DNA of 64,000 nucleotides from Mobula hypostoma. Taxonomy: Eukaryota. The stretch lies in the NCBI RefSeq assembly GCF_963921235.1, contig NC_086097.1, positions 14,942,001-15,006,000 of the forward strand, read 5' to 3'. The notes below the pieces were generated by a model. The model ran no database searches. It had not been told where the DNA came from and saw only the letters and a program-made list of their open reading frames with translations. This document shows, piece by piece, positions 23,478 through 37,319 of the stretch. The stretch's first letter is position 1, and each line of letters opens with the position of its first letter. The translations under genes were made by a program, and so were the position numbers.

Positions 23478-24978
23478 CAGCCTTCACCCTGTCTTATGCA
23501 GCTGGATCGTGGACTTCCTGTCAGATCGCCGGCAGGTGGTAAGAGTGGGCTCCCTCTGACCCTTAACACAGATGCCTCCCCCGTGGTTTCATCCTAAGCC
23601 CCCTCCTTTACTCTCTGTACACCCATGACTGTGTGGCCACCCACAGCTCCAATCTGCTAACTGAATTTGCGGATGATATTATATTGATTAACCTCATCGC
23701 GTATAATAATGAGGCAGCCTACAAAGAAGTCATCACCCTGACACAGTGGTGTCAAGAAAACAACCTCTCCCTCAATGTCACAAAAACAAAGGAGCTGGTT
23801 GTGAACTACAGGAGGAATGGAGAAAGGCTCACCCCTATTGACATCAATGGATCTGGGGTTGAGAGGATGAACAGCTTCAAGTTCCTTGGTGTACACATCA
23901 CCAAGGACCTCACTTAGTCTGTACATACCGGCTGTGTGGTGAAAAAAGCACAGCACTTCTTTCACCTCAGATCATTGAAGAAGTTCAGCATGAGTCCCCA
24001 AATCCTAAGGACTTTCTACAGGAGCACAATTGAGAGCATCCTGACTGGCTGTATCATTGCCTGGTATGGGAACTGTAGAACATAGAAATTTACAGCACAT
24101 TGCAGGCCCTTCGGCCCAATATGTTGTGCCGACCATGTAACCTACTCTAGAAACTGCCGAGAATTTCCCTAGCACATAACCCTCTATTTTTCTTAGCTCT
24201 ACATAGCCATCAGAGGCTTTTAAAAGTCTCTATTGTATCCGCTTCCACCATTGCTGTTGGCAGTGCATTCCATGCACCCACCACTGTGTGAAAAACTTAC
24301 CCCGAAATCCCCTCAGTACCCATTTCCAAGCACCTTAAAACTATGCCCCCTCATGTTAGCTATTTCAGCCTCAGAAAAAGGCACTGGCTATCCACACAAT
24401 CAATGCCCCTCATCATCTTATACACCTCTATCAGGTCACCTCTCATCCTCCGTTGCTCCAAGGAGAAAAGGCCAAATTCACTCAACCTATTCTAATAAGG
24501 TACGCCCTCCAATCCAGGCAACATTCTTGTAAATCTCTTCTGTACTCTCTCTATAGTATCCATGTACTTCTCTCAATCACAGGACTCTGCAAGGAGTGGT
24601 ATGGACAGCCGCGCATCTGTGGATGTGAACTTCACACTATTTAGGACATTAACAGCGACAGGTGCGTAACAGAGCCTGAAGAATCATTGTGGACCCGAGT
24701 CACTCCAACCACAAATTGTTCCAGCTGCTACCATCTGGGAAATGCTACCGCAGCATTAAAGCCAGGAACAACAGGCTCCAGGACATCTTCGTCCACCAGG
24801 CCATCAGACTAAATAATTCATGCTGATACAATTGCATTTCTAAGCTACAGTGACTGTTCTGTTGTACATACCATTTATTACAAATGACCATAATTTGCAT
24901 AATGCACATTCAGACAGAGACTTAACATAAAGACTTTTTACTCCTCATGCATGCGAAGGATGCAAGAAATAAAGTCGA
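23478..24978 (+). mobile_element. Rex1/Babar-type LINE with nested antisense CR1 3' fragment (~24078-24562)
   Basis: LLYSLYTHDCVA, FADD, KTKELVVNYRR, FKFLGVHITKDLT. The host resumes after the CR1, and tgta flanks both sides of the insert. Confidence 0.85.
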
Positions 24979-24979
24979 A

Positions 24980-25200
24980 CATCGACTCATACCATGACAG
25001 GCCTGCTTCGGGCATTTTCATGCCTTACGAGGCACAGATTGGAAGTCTGTGTGGGGCGCCACTCCTCGCACAGACACCAGAGCAATGTGTGGTTAAGTGC
25101 CTTGCCCAAGGACACAAACACGCTGCCACAGTTGAGGCTTGAACTAGCGACTTTCACATCACTAGACGAACACCTTAACCACATGGCCACGTGCCCAACA
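24980..25200 (-). mobile_element. tRNA-derived CORE-type SINE
   Basis: Minus strand has an A-box-like tggccatgtggttaagg, a B-box-like agttcaagcc and a MIR/CORE-like gtgtccttgggcaaggcacttaacc. Confidence 0.65.
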
Positions 25201-25227
25201 CGTGAATAAAGTCAATTCAATTCAATT

Positions 25228-25610
25228 CCTGTTTTCTTCTCTCACCTTATCTCCCTACCTACCCATTACCTTCCTCTGGTGCTCCTCTCTCTTCCCTTTC
25301 TTCCATGATCTTCAATCATTTCCCATCAAATTCCCCCTCCTCCAGCCCTTTATCTCTTTCACCAATCAACTTCTCAGCTCTTTACTTCACCCCCTCCTCC
25401 TCCCCTAATTTCACCCATCACCTTGTACTTCTTCCTTCCCTCTCCCCCACCTTCTTACTCTGACTTCTCTCCTTCCTTTCCAGTCCTGAAGGGTCTCAGC
25501 CCAAAACGTCAACTGTTTACTCTTTTCCATAGATCCTGCCTGGTCTGCTGAATTCCTCCAATTTGTGTGTTGCTTTGGATTTCTAGCATTTGCAGATTTT
25601 CTCATGTTTG
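25228..25610 (+). mobile_element. Penelope-like 3' region: pyrimidine-rich tract, degenerate hammerhead (25481-25515), tail
   Basis: CAGTC CTGA--- AGGGTCTCAGCCC AAAAC GTC AACTG followed by the family tail. Confidence 0.7.
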
Positions 25611-28432
25611 ACATTGATCCTCTTCACAAACTTCATTCCATTACCACTGACACATGGACACCTTAGCCAACGGGAGGTTGAAAAAAACACCTCGGACTTT
25701 TAGCTCAGTAGCTTTTCTAGTGTAGTGACCACACATCCAGACCATCAACATGGGTGCTCAGTTGTACTTCTATATCATTACCTTTCTTTTAACCTGCCTC
25801 GGTTCAAATGATGCCAAAACTCTAATTATGTCACCTGCGCAAGTGAGTATTCCAACATATAATTGGACAAGGTTCCACAATTCTACCCTCCATGAACTTG
25901 ATATCAACCGAACACTGCAGACCATGACTAAACTTGTATAAAAGTTTATTCATCCATCAACACCTTGTTAAACAATATGCATTAGCATGAGGTTAAGGAA
26001 CAGTTTAAAATTCGTATTCCAATTCCTTCTGTTAATGCATCCCTCCCTTTATAATCACCTTCATATCAACAACCCTTGGTTACCAATCCTCCTCTAATCT
26101 CACCTGTTAATAATCCCAAGGTTTAATGAGATCATAAATTCAATTATGATCCTTCAGACTTGGGAATTCCCTCTCCAAATCTCTCAAAATCCTAAGGGCT
26201 TGGTTGTGAGCCCTTATTTAGTAATTCAATGTTACTGATAACAGTATTGTAAAGTGACTTGGCACGCACTATGTAAATACGTCGGTTTTAAAATATTTCT
26301 TCTGAACAGTAATCCATGTTAAATTACCAAAAGTCCCTAATGTGATTATACTTCCATGAATATCTAAACTTCACCATAGAAAATATAAAATTACAAAAAC
26401 AAAAATTCATAAGTTCAGTTGGAACACAACTGTAAAGGAGTAGTTGCGGAAAATAGTATGGATGCATTTTAGGATGGTGCCAGGAAGGGACAGTGGATTA
26501 GATAGAGATTGTGACAGGGCAAGTTAAAACAGAGTTGGAGGTTGTTTACCTGGAGCTTAAACATTAGCTTTGAAATGTTGGCCAGACGTTTGAAATGTGG
26601 TGTAAATTCCATGAAGCATTTTATCCACATAGTAATGTTCAACCGCTCCATGCCAGCTATTATTGGGACTTTCTTTTCGTTTGGACACGAAGTTGAACTC
26701 AAACAAGAGATTTACACGAAATGATGTGCAATTATTATGATTCTGGAGATGCTGCAAACATAAAAGGTCCCAACAAATCTGCAATGGATCGAAATGCAAT
26801 TTACGTAATCATTGACTGGTGAAGAAATGGATAAAGATTAACAGTCGATTCAAAATTTAACTAAAACAGCCCCACAATATGCAATTCATTAAGTAGTTTA
26901 AAAATCTTGGGCCCAAGCTTAACACTTTAATCACACTGGCTTGGACTTGACAGTCGCCAGCATTCATCCCAACTCTTGCTGCCACCATGGGTTGAACCTG
27001 CCCCTTTTCCAACACTGGCTACTGACAGAGATTCTCAACATCCTGAAATGGTTATTCATTGAGATGGTAGGACAGCCATTAACACAGAAGAATTTTGAAC
27101 CCCTTCTAATCAAAGATTTTTTTTCTGAAAAACAGTCAGCAATACAAGAAGCACACATAAACTGCTGGAGGAACTCAGCAAGTCTGGCAGCACCTATGGA
27201 GGGGGATTTGCAATCAATGTTTCATCAGCAATAAAAGCAAGCTTGTAGCAAAACCTCAAAGATCAAAGTTATATGAAAAAAATGCAAATCCATGATGCTA
27301 CGGCTTACCTGAGGGAATTAAAACTAATTTTCAGGAGTATTTTTTTCTAGGGCACAAGTTTGCTGTGTAGTAATGATTGATTAGTATACAATCAAGATCT
27401 GCTTAATATTTAGAGGGAACTGTTGGCAGTTCTAATTGTTGCCAAGTCACTGAAGCAAAACCTACCTTTGCCCCTAAAAATTACAGTCTGCTCCAGTAGT
27501 TTGCTGCTTATTGTTACTGATGCAGTCACAGAAATCCAATCATTTACATGGTACAATGCAGCAAATGCCAAGAGTTTCTTCATCATTAAACTCAAAAATC
27601 AGCCCCTAAAGAGTGGATAATTTTATTGCCCATCAAAGTGATTCCTTCCCTTCTCTCAAGTATTAATATAAAACACTGAGAAAATGGCAGCACAGTTTGC
27701 TAACATATTGGTATGCCCAGAATTCTGGTTTCTAAAGAAAAATGTTCATCTCCGGATTGCTGTAAAAATTCTGTGTAAGACAGGTTTTTTTTATGCAATG
27801 GACTATTACCATTAACTGAGGGGTCCATGAACTCCAGGTTGGGAATCTCCCGGGTGTAAAATAAGTGCAGAGAATTAGAATTCACAGAACAAAACAAAAA
27901 TTTCATTAAATGAGCACCTAAAACTGGCTAATAATTGTAGGAAATATTAAAATATTTAAGTAGTTTGGCTTTTGGAGATTGGAGCCAATCATCAGCAACA
28001 TTGCAACCTTCCCTTTGTACCACAATGCAGCATCACTTCAGACCTTTGTGTTTGAATTACTGGGATGGGGTCAACCTGGGAGATTCTGGCTCAGAGAAGA
28101 AAATGCTACTAACTATTTTCAAAATTTAAAAAAGGTGGATAGTGATTAGTCTATAAGGAGTTTGTATGTTCTCTCCTGGGTTTCCTCTGGGTGCTCTGGT
28201 TTCCTCCCACAGTCCAAAGAGGCATTGGTTACTGGGTTAGTTGGTCGCATGGTGTAATTGGGCAGCACACACTCGTAGGGCTGGAAGGGTTTGTTACTGT
28301 GTTGTTTCTCTAAATAAAATATAAACAAACAGATCTGGAGTCCCCAATTTTGGATCGGCGATCAAGATTGGCTGTGGAGGTACTTCCATAAAGAAAGACA
28401 AGTTCAAGCTGGAAAACCATAATAATCCCCTT

Positions 28433-29465
28433 AGTGACTAGTGGGGTACCGCAAGGCTCAGTGCTGGGACCCCAGCTGTTTACAATATATATTAATGACT
28501 TGGATGAGGGAATTAAATGCAGCATCTCCAAGTTTGCGGATGACACGAAGCTGGGTGGCAGTGTTAGCAGTGAGGAGGATGCTAAGAGGATGCAGGGTGA
28601 CTTGGATAGGTTGGGTGAGTGGGCAAACTCATGGCAGATGCAATTTAATGTGGATAAATGTGAAGTTATCCACTTTGGTGGCAAAAATAGGAAAACAGAT
28701 TATTATCTGAATGGTGGCCGGTTAGGAAAAGGGGAGGTGCAACGAGACCTGGGTGTCATTATACACCAGTCATTGAAAGTGGGCATGCAGGTACAGCAGG
28801 CGGTGAAAAAGGCGAATGGTATGCTGACATTTATAGCGAGAGGATTCGAGTACAGGAGCAGGGAGGTACTACTGCAGTTGTACAAGGCCTTGGTGAGACC
28901 ACACCTGGAGTATTGTGTGCAGTTTTGGTCCCCTAATCTGAGGAAAGACATCCTTGCCATAGAGGGAGTACAAAGAAGGTTCACCAGATTGATTCCTGGG
29001 ATGGCAGGACTTTCATATAATGAAAGACTGGATCAACTAGGCTTATACTCGTTGGAATTTAGAAGATTGAGGGGGGATCTGATTGAAACGTATAAGATCC
29101 TAAAGGGATTGGACAGGCTAGATGCAGGAAGATTGTTCCCGATGTTGGGGAAGTCCAGAACGAGGGGTCACAGTTTGAGGATAGAGGGGAAGCCTTTTAG
29201 GACCGAGATTAGGAAAAACTTCTTCACACAGAGAGTGGTGAATCTGTGGAATTCTCTGCCACAGGAAACTGTTGAGGCCAGTTCATTGGCTATGTTTAAG
29301 AGGGAGTTAGATATGGCCCTCGTGGCTACAGGGGTCAGGGGGTATGGAGGGAAGGCTGGGGCGGGGTTCTGAGTTGGATGATCAGCCATGATCATAATAA
29401 ATGGCGGTGCAGGCTTGAAGGGCCGAATGGCCTACTCCTGCACCTATTTTCTATGTTTCTATGTT
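28433..29465 (+). mobile_element. Young CR1 LINE, 5'-truncated, uninterrupted 312-aa ORF2 C-terminal frame
   Basis: ORF 28434..29372: GVPQGSVLGPQLFTIYINDLD, KFADDTKLGG, RPHLEYCVQFWSP, FFTQRVVNLWNSLP. Tail (tttctatg)n. Confidence 0.95.
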
Positions 29466-30611
29466 TGTCTTATGTGTGCAGGTGCAAAACCCTAGAACAG
29501 GCCACACAAGAGACTGCAGATACTGGAATCTGGAGCAACAAGAGGCGCTGGAGGAACTCAGCAGGCCTAGCAGCATCTATGAAATGACATGGACGATGGA
29601 CATTTCGGATTGAGAACTTCCAGCTTTTCCTCCTTTCATGTACCCTTTCCCCATTCAAAATGGTCAAATTGAGTACAACTATAACCAGGAATGTTGGGTA
29701 GAGAAGTTGATGTTTATTTGCATATCAGGCCAATGAATTTTTTTTAGATTATGAAGACATGCAGTCCTCTTTTATTGTCATTCAGGTATGGCTTCCTGGC
29801 TTCCTTGTGGCCTCAGTAATAGAGGGTGGAAAGACCATATGATCATAAGATATAGAGGTAGAATTAGACCATTCGGCCAATTGAATCTGCTCTACCATTT
29901 CATCATGGCTGATCGATTTCCCTCTCTGCCACAATCTCGTCTTCTCCCCATAACCCTTCGTGCCCCGCCTAATCAAGAATCTGGACAATGATTCTATGCA
30001 AAGAGAGACATTGATTCTGCAGTGGATGTAACTAAAAATTGAATCATTTCTTATATGTGCTGTAGATTAGTCCCACTTGAGTGGGCTATGTGTTGTAGGG
30101 CTGTTCAATGCTGTAGTAAGGAAGACAGAACAAGATGGAATGAACATACAGCAGGGTTTGTGGACTTGCTGCTTGGAATAACAAACAAAAGCCTGGAGGA
30201 ACTCAGCAGGGAAATGAACAACTGACGCTTCAATGAAGACCTTTCATCTGACTTGGAATCATGGCTAACACAAAGTGTACCTGAATTAAAAATAGAGATG
30301 ACCTTCTGAGAGCAGCCAAATATGAGGATTCTTCTCAATTGGTCTTGGCTGACAAGAGTTGAAGACTTTTGGGAGGTTGAAAAAGGCCTCACACGGCAGT
30401 TATTATACCCCACATTACTTCTGGAATATTTGTGTGGTTATTATGTCATGTTTATTGTACCTCTTGATGGGTGAAATCTATACGGAATCTGGAGGGGAGG
30501 CTCTTTGATAACAAGGAGGGAGACATTTATTATGAGCTTCTCTGTGACAAACACCATAGAGACCGTAAACCACCGTAAAGATGCAGCCTTCAAGATCGAA
30601 GTTATATTGCT

Positions 30612-31812
30612 TTAACCATATAATAATTACAGCACGGAAACAGGCCATCTCGGCTCTTCTAGTCCGTGCCGAACTCTTACTCTCACCTAGTCCCACCGAC
30701 CTGCACTCAGCCCATAACCCTCCATTCCTTTCCTGTCCATATAGCTGTCCAGTTTAACTTTAAATGACAACATTGAACCTGCCTCAACCACTTCTGCTGG
30801 AAGCTCGTTCCACACAGCTACCACTCTCTGAGTAAAGTTCCCCCTCATGTTACCCCTAAGCTTTTGCCCTTTAACTCTCAACTCATGTCCTCTTGTTTGA
30901 ATCTCCCCCATTCTCAATTGAATAAGTCTATCCACGTCAACTCCATCTATCCGCCGCATAATTTTAAATACCCCTATCAAGTCCCCCCTCAACCTTCTAC
31001 ACTCCAAAGAATAAAGACCTAACTTGCTCAACCTTTCTCAGTAACTTAGGAGATGAAACCCAGGCAACATTCTAGTAAATCTTCTCTGTACTCTCTCTCT
31101 ATTTTGTTGACATCTTTCCTATAATTCGGTGACCAGAACTGTACACAATACTCCAAATTTGGCCTTACCAATGCCTTGTACAATTTCAACATTACACCCC
31201 AACTCCTATACTCAATGCTCTGATTTATAAAGGCCAGCATACCAAAAGCTTTCTTCACCACCCTATCCACATGAGATTCCACCTTCAGGGAACTATGTAC
31301 CATTATTCCTAGATCCCTCTGTTCTACTGCATTCTTCAATACCCTACCATTTACCATGTATGTCCTATTTTGATTAGTCCTGCCAAAATGTAGCACCTCA
31401 CATTTATCAGCATTAAACTCCATCTGTCATCTTTCAGCCCATTCTTCTAACTGGCCTAAATCTCTCTGCAGGCTTTGAAAACCTACTTCATTATCCACAA
31501 CTCCACCTATCTTCGTGTCATCTGCATACTTACTAATCCAATTTACCACCCCATCATCCAGATCATTAATATATATGACAAACAACATTGGACCCAGTAC
31601 AGATCCCTGAGGCACACCACTAGTCACCGGCCTCCAATCTGACAAACAGTTATCCACCACTACTCTCTGGCGTCTCCCATCCAGCCACTGTTGAATCTAT
31701 TTTACTACTTCAATATTAATACCTAATGATTGAACCTTCCTAACTAACCTTCCGTGTGGAACCTTGTCAAAGGCCTTACTGAAGTCCATATAGAGAACAT
31801 CCACCCCTTTAA
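30612..31812 (-). mobile_element. Young CR1 LINE, 5'-truncated
   Basis: ORFs 31427..31660, 31046..31423 and 30687..31031 with RT motifs (KYADDTKIGG). Same subfamily as 55477-56195. Confidence 0.93.
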
Positions 31813-32439
31813 CCAGGTCACCTAATTTTTTTATTTGAAAAGTGATACTCTTCAGGGTTAGACTTTTTATGATTTGTCTGCTAATTGGTTTAAACTGCCA
31901 ATTAGAGATCAGTCTGGCTTTATCTTTCAGGAAAATAGTAAATTTGTTTGTAAAACAAATTGACTGAAGGCTGTATTTTAATATCTTTTACTAGATTAGG
32001 GTGTTACAATGTTCCTCATTGAGATAATGCAGCTTTGAGTACATTTACTTTTAAATGGTGGGCTTAAACATTAGATAAATATGTAGAGGTTCAGGAAAAG
32101 AATTAGAGCTTGTGTATTAAGATCTAGAATAGTATCCATGATGTTTTTACAAATAAAATGCGAGCTGCATTTCATCTCACACACTTCCGCCAATGAAGTG
32201 GCTTAACGTGTGGATTCCAGTCAACTCTTACACACAGATAATTTCAATAAGGATGGCGAGTGGAGGGCAAGGAAGAGAGAAGTTGCTTCTCTTCAGGATC
32301 GAAGACAAGTTGCTCTCATTCCTGTATAAGTTTTAAAGTGGCTAATGAGGCGCAAATCCGTTTGGCCATTGCTATACAACCAAAGATGCCTGGGGAGCCA
32401 CTCACCCACATTTTGATAAATCAGACCAGCAGGTTGTAT

Positions 32440-34530
32440 GAAACATAAACAGCAGAAATGAGGAGGCTCAGTACAGAAATTCGTACAGTACAATTCTGAG
32501 GAAGTACAAGACAGCTTTGAGGCAATAGACTGGTCCATGCTCAAAGACTCACCCCTCGATGAATGTGTCACCACAATCATGGACTTTACCAGCAAGTGTA
32601 TGAGAAGTGTGCACGAAAGAGGACAACCTGAGTATTCCCAAATCAGAAACCATGGATAAACCAGGAGATCCAACCCATACTGAAGTCTAGGTCTGCAGCA
32701 TTTAAATCAGGTGACCCTGATTTTCATAAGAAATTAAGATACAACCTCCATAAAGCTATCAGAGATGCCCAGAGACAATACCACTCCAAAAGAGAGCCCC
32801 GACCAGCCATCAGTTGTGACAGGGTTTACATACTATAATAGACTACAAAACAAAGATAAGGAAATATTGCTGACACCAGTACATCCCTTCCAAAGGAGCT
32901 TAACATATTCTACGCATGCTTTTGGACAGATGGAGATCGTCTGTCACTGCCCACCCTTACCGCCTCCAATGCACCTAAGCCCACAGTCACTGTTCCAAGC
33001 GTGAAATCCGCTTTTGAAGAGTGAACCAAAGGAAAGCATCCGGTCAAGACAGTGCCCTAAGCTGTGTCCTTCGATCCTGTATTTCAACTGTATTTGGAGA
33101 CATATTTAACCCTTTCCTGCTTCAATCTGAGGTTCATGCCTATTTTAGGAATATCATCATCCAGTACCCAAGGAAAACAAAGAAACATGCCTTAATGTCT
33201 ACCATTCAGTGGCTCTGGCATAAAACACCAGGTTGGTCATGGCTTAACTGCAGCTTCTCAGTGAGCCTTGACTCAAAGTAATTTGCCTTCCAGGACTATA
33301 ACAGGTGCCATCTCCCTGGCTTTATACTCATCGCTGGAGCATCTAGACAGTAAAGACACCTATATTCTATCATCTTTGATCGAATACAGCTCTGCCTTCA
33401 CTATTATAATTCCAAGCAAGCTCATTACCAAACTCCGAGACCTGGGAGCAAGGATCCTCATTTTCCCGAGCACTGCCTACAATCAGTAAGGGGAGGCAGC
33501 CACACCACTTCCACAATAATTCTGAACACAGGTTGCGTCCAGAGCCCCCAACTCTTCCACCTGTACACTCATGACTACCTAGCTAGATTCTGCTCTAACT
33601 TCATCTGCAAGTCTGCAGATAATACCACCATAGTGGGCTGCATCGCCAATAATAATGAGTTGGAGTACAGGTAGGATAGAGAGCTTAGTGACATGGTGTC
33701 ATGATAATAACCTTTCCCTCAATGCCCAGAAAAGAGCTGGTCATTGACTTCAAAAAGTGTTTGGTGCACGGGCTCCTGTCAATATCAACAGTGCTGAGAT
33801 TGTAAACTTCAAGTTCCTGGGAGTGAACATCACCGATCACCTGTCCTGGTCCAACCATGTAGACACCATGGCCAAGAAAGCTCACCAATGCCTCTATTTT
33901 CTCAGGAAGCTAAAGAATATTAGCTTAATCAATGCACCATTGAAAGCAACCCATCACTTACATGGAAACTACTCTGGCCTTGAAAGTAAAAAGAAAACTG
34001 CAGAGAGTTGTGGACACAGGTTAGCACACCGTGGAAGTCAGCCTCCTCTCTATTAACTGTCTATACTTTTTGTTGCCTCAGTAAAACAGCCAGTATCATT
34101 AAAGATCTGGCCCACTCGACATCCCTTCCTCTCGAGTCTCCCACGAGGGAGAATGTACAGTCTAAAGCAGGCTCAAGGACAGCTTCCACCCCTTAGTTAT
34201 AGAGTCATAGAAAAGTAGCACACAGATACAGACCCTTCAGTCTATCTAGTTTGTGCCAAACCATTCAAACTGCCTGCTCACACTGTTATAAGAATATTAC
34301 ATGGTTCCCTAATACAATCAGATGGATCCTTGATCTCACAATCCACCTCGTTAAGATTTTGCACCCTATTGTCTACCTTCACTCAACTTTCTCTGTAGTT
34401 GTTACACTTTATTCTGTATTCTGTTATTGCTTTCTTTTGAATGATCTCAAAGCAATGCGTAATGAGTTGATCTGTAGAATAGTGTGCAAGATTAACTCTT
34501 CACTTTATCACGGTACATGTGACAACTATA
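32440..34530 (+). mobile_element. Long decayed Rex1/Babar-type LINE
   Basis: Remnants of PNQKPWIN, LEHLDSKDTY...YSSAF..IIPSKLITKLRDLG and FKFLGVNITDHLSWSNHVD...LYFLRKL. Confidence 0.8.
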
Positions 34531-34761
34531 ACCCAACTCCAGTGTCAGGACCACAGTGGTACCTGCTAGGTGGGTAGGTGGGTAGTTTGTGATTCCTTCT
34601 GTCAAACATACAGGGCTTCTGTGTGTTCTGCAAGCACAAACCCAATGCTCTCAACACCACCTTAAATACCGCCGACACATTCTCTGCAAAATCTGCCAAA
34701 GTTGCTGGAGGGTGATGTGCACCCACCAGAGTCAAAGTTGAATTTGGGGTCATACGCACAA

Positions 34762-35035
34762 GCGCACGGTAGTGTAGAGGTTAGTGTAACACTATTACAC
34801 CTTGGGATGTTGGAGCTCAATTCTGGCATCAACTGTAGGGAGTCTGTACGTCCTACCCGTGAACGCGTGTGTTCCTCCAGGCGCTCCTGTTTCCTCACAC
34901 ATTCCAAAGATGTACTTGGTTAATTGGTCACTGTAAATTGTCCTATGGTTAGGCTAGGGTTAAACAGGTGAGTTGCTGAGTGGAGTGGCTCATCGGGCCG
35001 GGAGGACCTGTTCTGCACAGTACCTCAAAATAAAA
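34762..35035 (+). mobile_element. tRNA-derived V-SINE (HE1-like); further copies ~39030-39280, ~44040-44320, ~49542-49815, partial ~28150-28322 and ~12985-13118
   Basis: A-box gcacggtagtgtagaggttag, B-box-like gctcaattc, V-domain-like g.gtttcctcc.ggtgctc.ggtttcctccca, CR1-like tail ending aataaa. Confidence 0.75.
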
Positions 35036-35514
35036 TGCATGCTATGCACAGGTAGAATGAAACACAACAACAGCACGAAGTTAAAGTGACACTCCGGCTG
35101 CCACAAAGAGCAGGTCGACAACACTCTCCTCAACACATATTATTCTGAGCTTTGTCACAGGAAGAGATAGCTGGAGAGTCAGGAAAAGATTAGATGTGCT
35201 CAAAGACACCTTGAAGAAATGTGAGGGAGGAGAACAGTGCAATGATTAGAAGCCCATCTATGTGGCAAGCAAAGGAATAACACAAATGAAACTGTTTTCA
35301 TTCTGAACAGAGAAGATTTCAGCAGGAGCAAGTCAGCATTTCTTAATTCTGTGAAAGCTGGGGCGTAGCCAGAGTTAGAAATACAGAAAGTAATTTGCAG
35401 GTAAAGGTAAACTACCCTTATAGGAAACGCAGCATGTTATTTACTTGTTTATTACTTGGAAACAGGTTCTATTTAGGGCTGGTAATTAATCTACATTAGT
35501 GCACATGAATAATG

Positions 35515-36066
35515 ATCACCTCTGCTTCATCCGCAAAAAGCAGAATCTCCCAGTGGCCACTTTAATTTCTCTTCATGTTCCAAAATGTCATCCATGGCCT
35601 TCTCTTCTGCCATGATGAGGCCACTCTCAGGGTGGAGGAGGCAGCCTCCAAGCTGGTAATTTCCCCTCCCCTCCCTGTTCCCACTTCTTCTATTCCCTAT
35701 TCTGGCCTCTTACCTCTTCTCCTGGTGCCCCTCCCACTTTCCTTTTCTTCGCTGGTCCACTCTCCACTCTCATCAGATTCTTTCTCTAGACTTCTGCCTC
35801 TTCCAACACCTCCCAGCTTCTTACTTCGTTCCCCCTTTCCCTACCCAACTGATTTCACTTATCACTTTTCAGATTGTCCTCCTTTTCCCTCCCCCAACTT
35901 TTTACTCTGGCATCTTCCCCCTTCCTTTCCAGTCCTAATGAAGGGTCTTGGCCCAAAACGTCAACTGTTTATTCATTACCATAGATGCTGCCTTTCCTGC
36001 AGAGTTCCTCCAGCGGTTTCTGTGCTGCTGCTCCGGATTTCCAGCATCTGCAGAATTGCTTGTGTT
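35515..36066 (+). mobile_element. Penelope-like element 3' part: GIY-YIG remnant, pyrimidine tract, hammerhead motif (35930-35967), tail
   Basis: HLCFIRKKQNLPVA...HGLLFCHDEATLRVEE resembles the PLE endonuclease C-terminus. It is followed by CAGTC CTAATGA AGGGTCTTGGCCC AAAAC GTC AACTG and the family tail. Confidence 0.75.
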
Positions 36067-37319
36067 TATAAAATGCAAGTTAATGACTCTTTTCTTGGGA
36101 AAAAATTCAGATTACTTCTGCATTTTAAAGAGGGAAAATTCAAAAATGAATGTTCTACAACTGTAAAACAAATATTCTACGCCCTGTAATGGACACTGAC
36201 ATGATGCATGGTTGTGAATATCTCCTGGAAAACTGGGGCAACAGCCTCGCTATTGTAGATCCTGTAGGTGTCCAAGCTGTGACTCCCTACAGCCAAGGAA
36301 AAGCAGACAGAGTTGTGCCACATCTCTCCTCTCCTTCCTCTTGGTTAGGAGGGTGAAGAACGGGTGAGCATAGAATTATGAAATATAGTAACGGCAGGAA
36401 ATCCGGCCAGTGCATCCCTGCTGGTTGTCAGGTAATAGCAACCTCTCATGTGTTGGAAATCTTGTATGCTTTGGTTTCGTTTAGCATTCTTAATTTTTAA
36501 AACTATTAATAAAATGTTCCAACCCTTTGCTGGGATGAACAACTTCCTTGCAGTTGTCCAATCTAACCATTCACCATCTTGAAAGCTTTACTTTCACTGA
36601 CATTAGATGTGCTCCTTTGTTTAGTAAAAAATACTCCTTAACAGCATTTAGGTTTCTGCTCCCAAGAACTGCTTAAAGCACAAACATTTGATTTACATCA
36701 ATAACTTTCCTCCTGTGACATGTTAAAGTACTTAATAATAAGAGCTATCAAACAACTGAACTACACAGAGGTTATGATGGCAAGCAGTTTTCATTTGGCC
36801 ATTCAAAAGTTCTGGTACTCTGCTGTTGTCTAGCACTGTGATTAACTCAATTATTTCAATTGATCCTATTGCATTAATGGAATTTACTTTTCAGTTTAGT
36901 TCCCTTGACCCATGGATTAAAACACTTGTTCTTGAGTGAAATGTATTCGTGTAGGTGTCAACTAGTAAATTACTACAAATAGAGAATTTGTATTACATTA
37001 ATAGGGATCCGAATTTACTCAGAGTGGCTTAAGAGTGCACAACAGTAAGGTAAACTGTAACACACCCTGGCTGCATGATTTACTTACCCTATAACAAAAC
37101 AAACTGGCTGTGATTGCAAACTGGTTTAAGATTTTACTATCAATGTTTTATGATATGATTTTATACCCGTGATACCCAATGTTTCAGTATATGAGCAGAG
37201 AAAGGGTGAACATAATCAAAACAATAAACAGTTAACATTTCTCTCTATAATGCTTTATCCTGCTTGGAAGGTTGCTCGCCAAGCCTAGAGGTTAGGTCGC
37301 AAGCGTTTCGTCACCAGTG

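Noticed and set aside
28434..29372. Longest ORF (312 aa) as a host or domesticated gene
   Set aside because: It is the 5'-truncated C-terminal part of CR1 ORF2 with a CR1 tail and close relatives in the window. Intactness reflects youth.
35575..36189. 204-aa Pro/Ser/Leu-rich ORF
   Set aside because: Translation of the pyrimidine-rich Penelope-like 3' region. Only the first residues are an endonuclease remnant.
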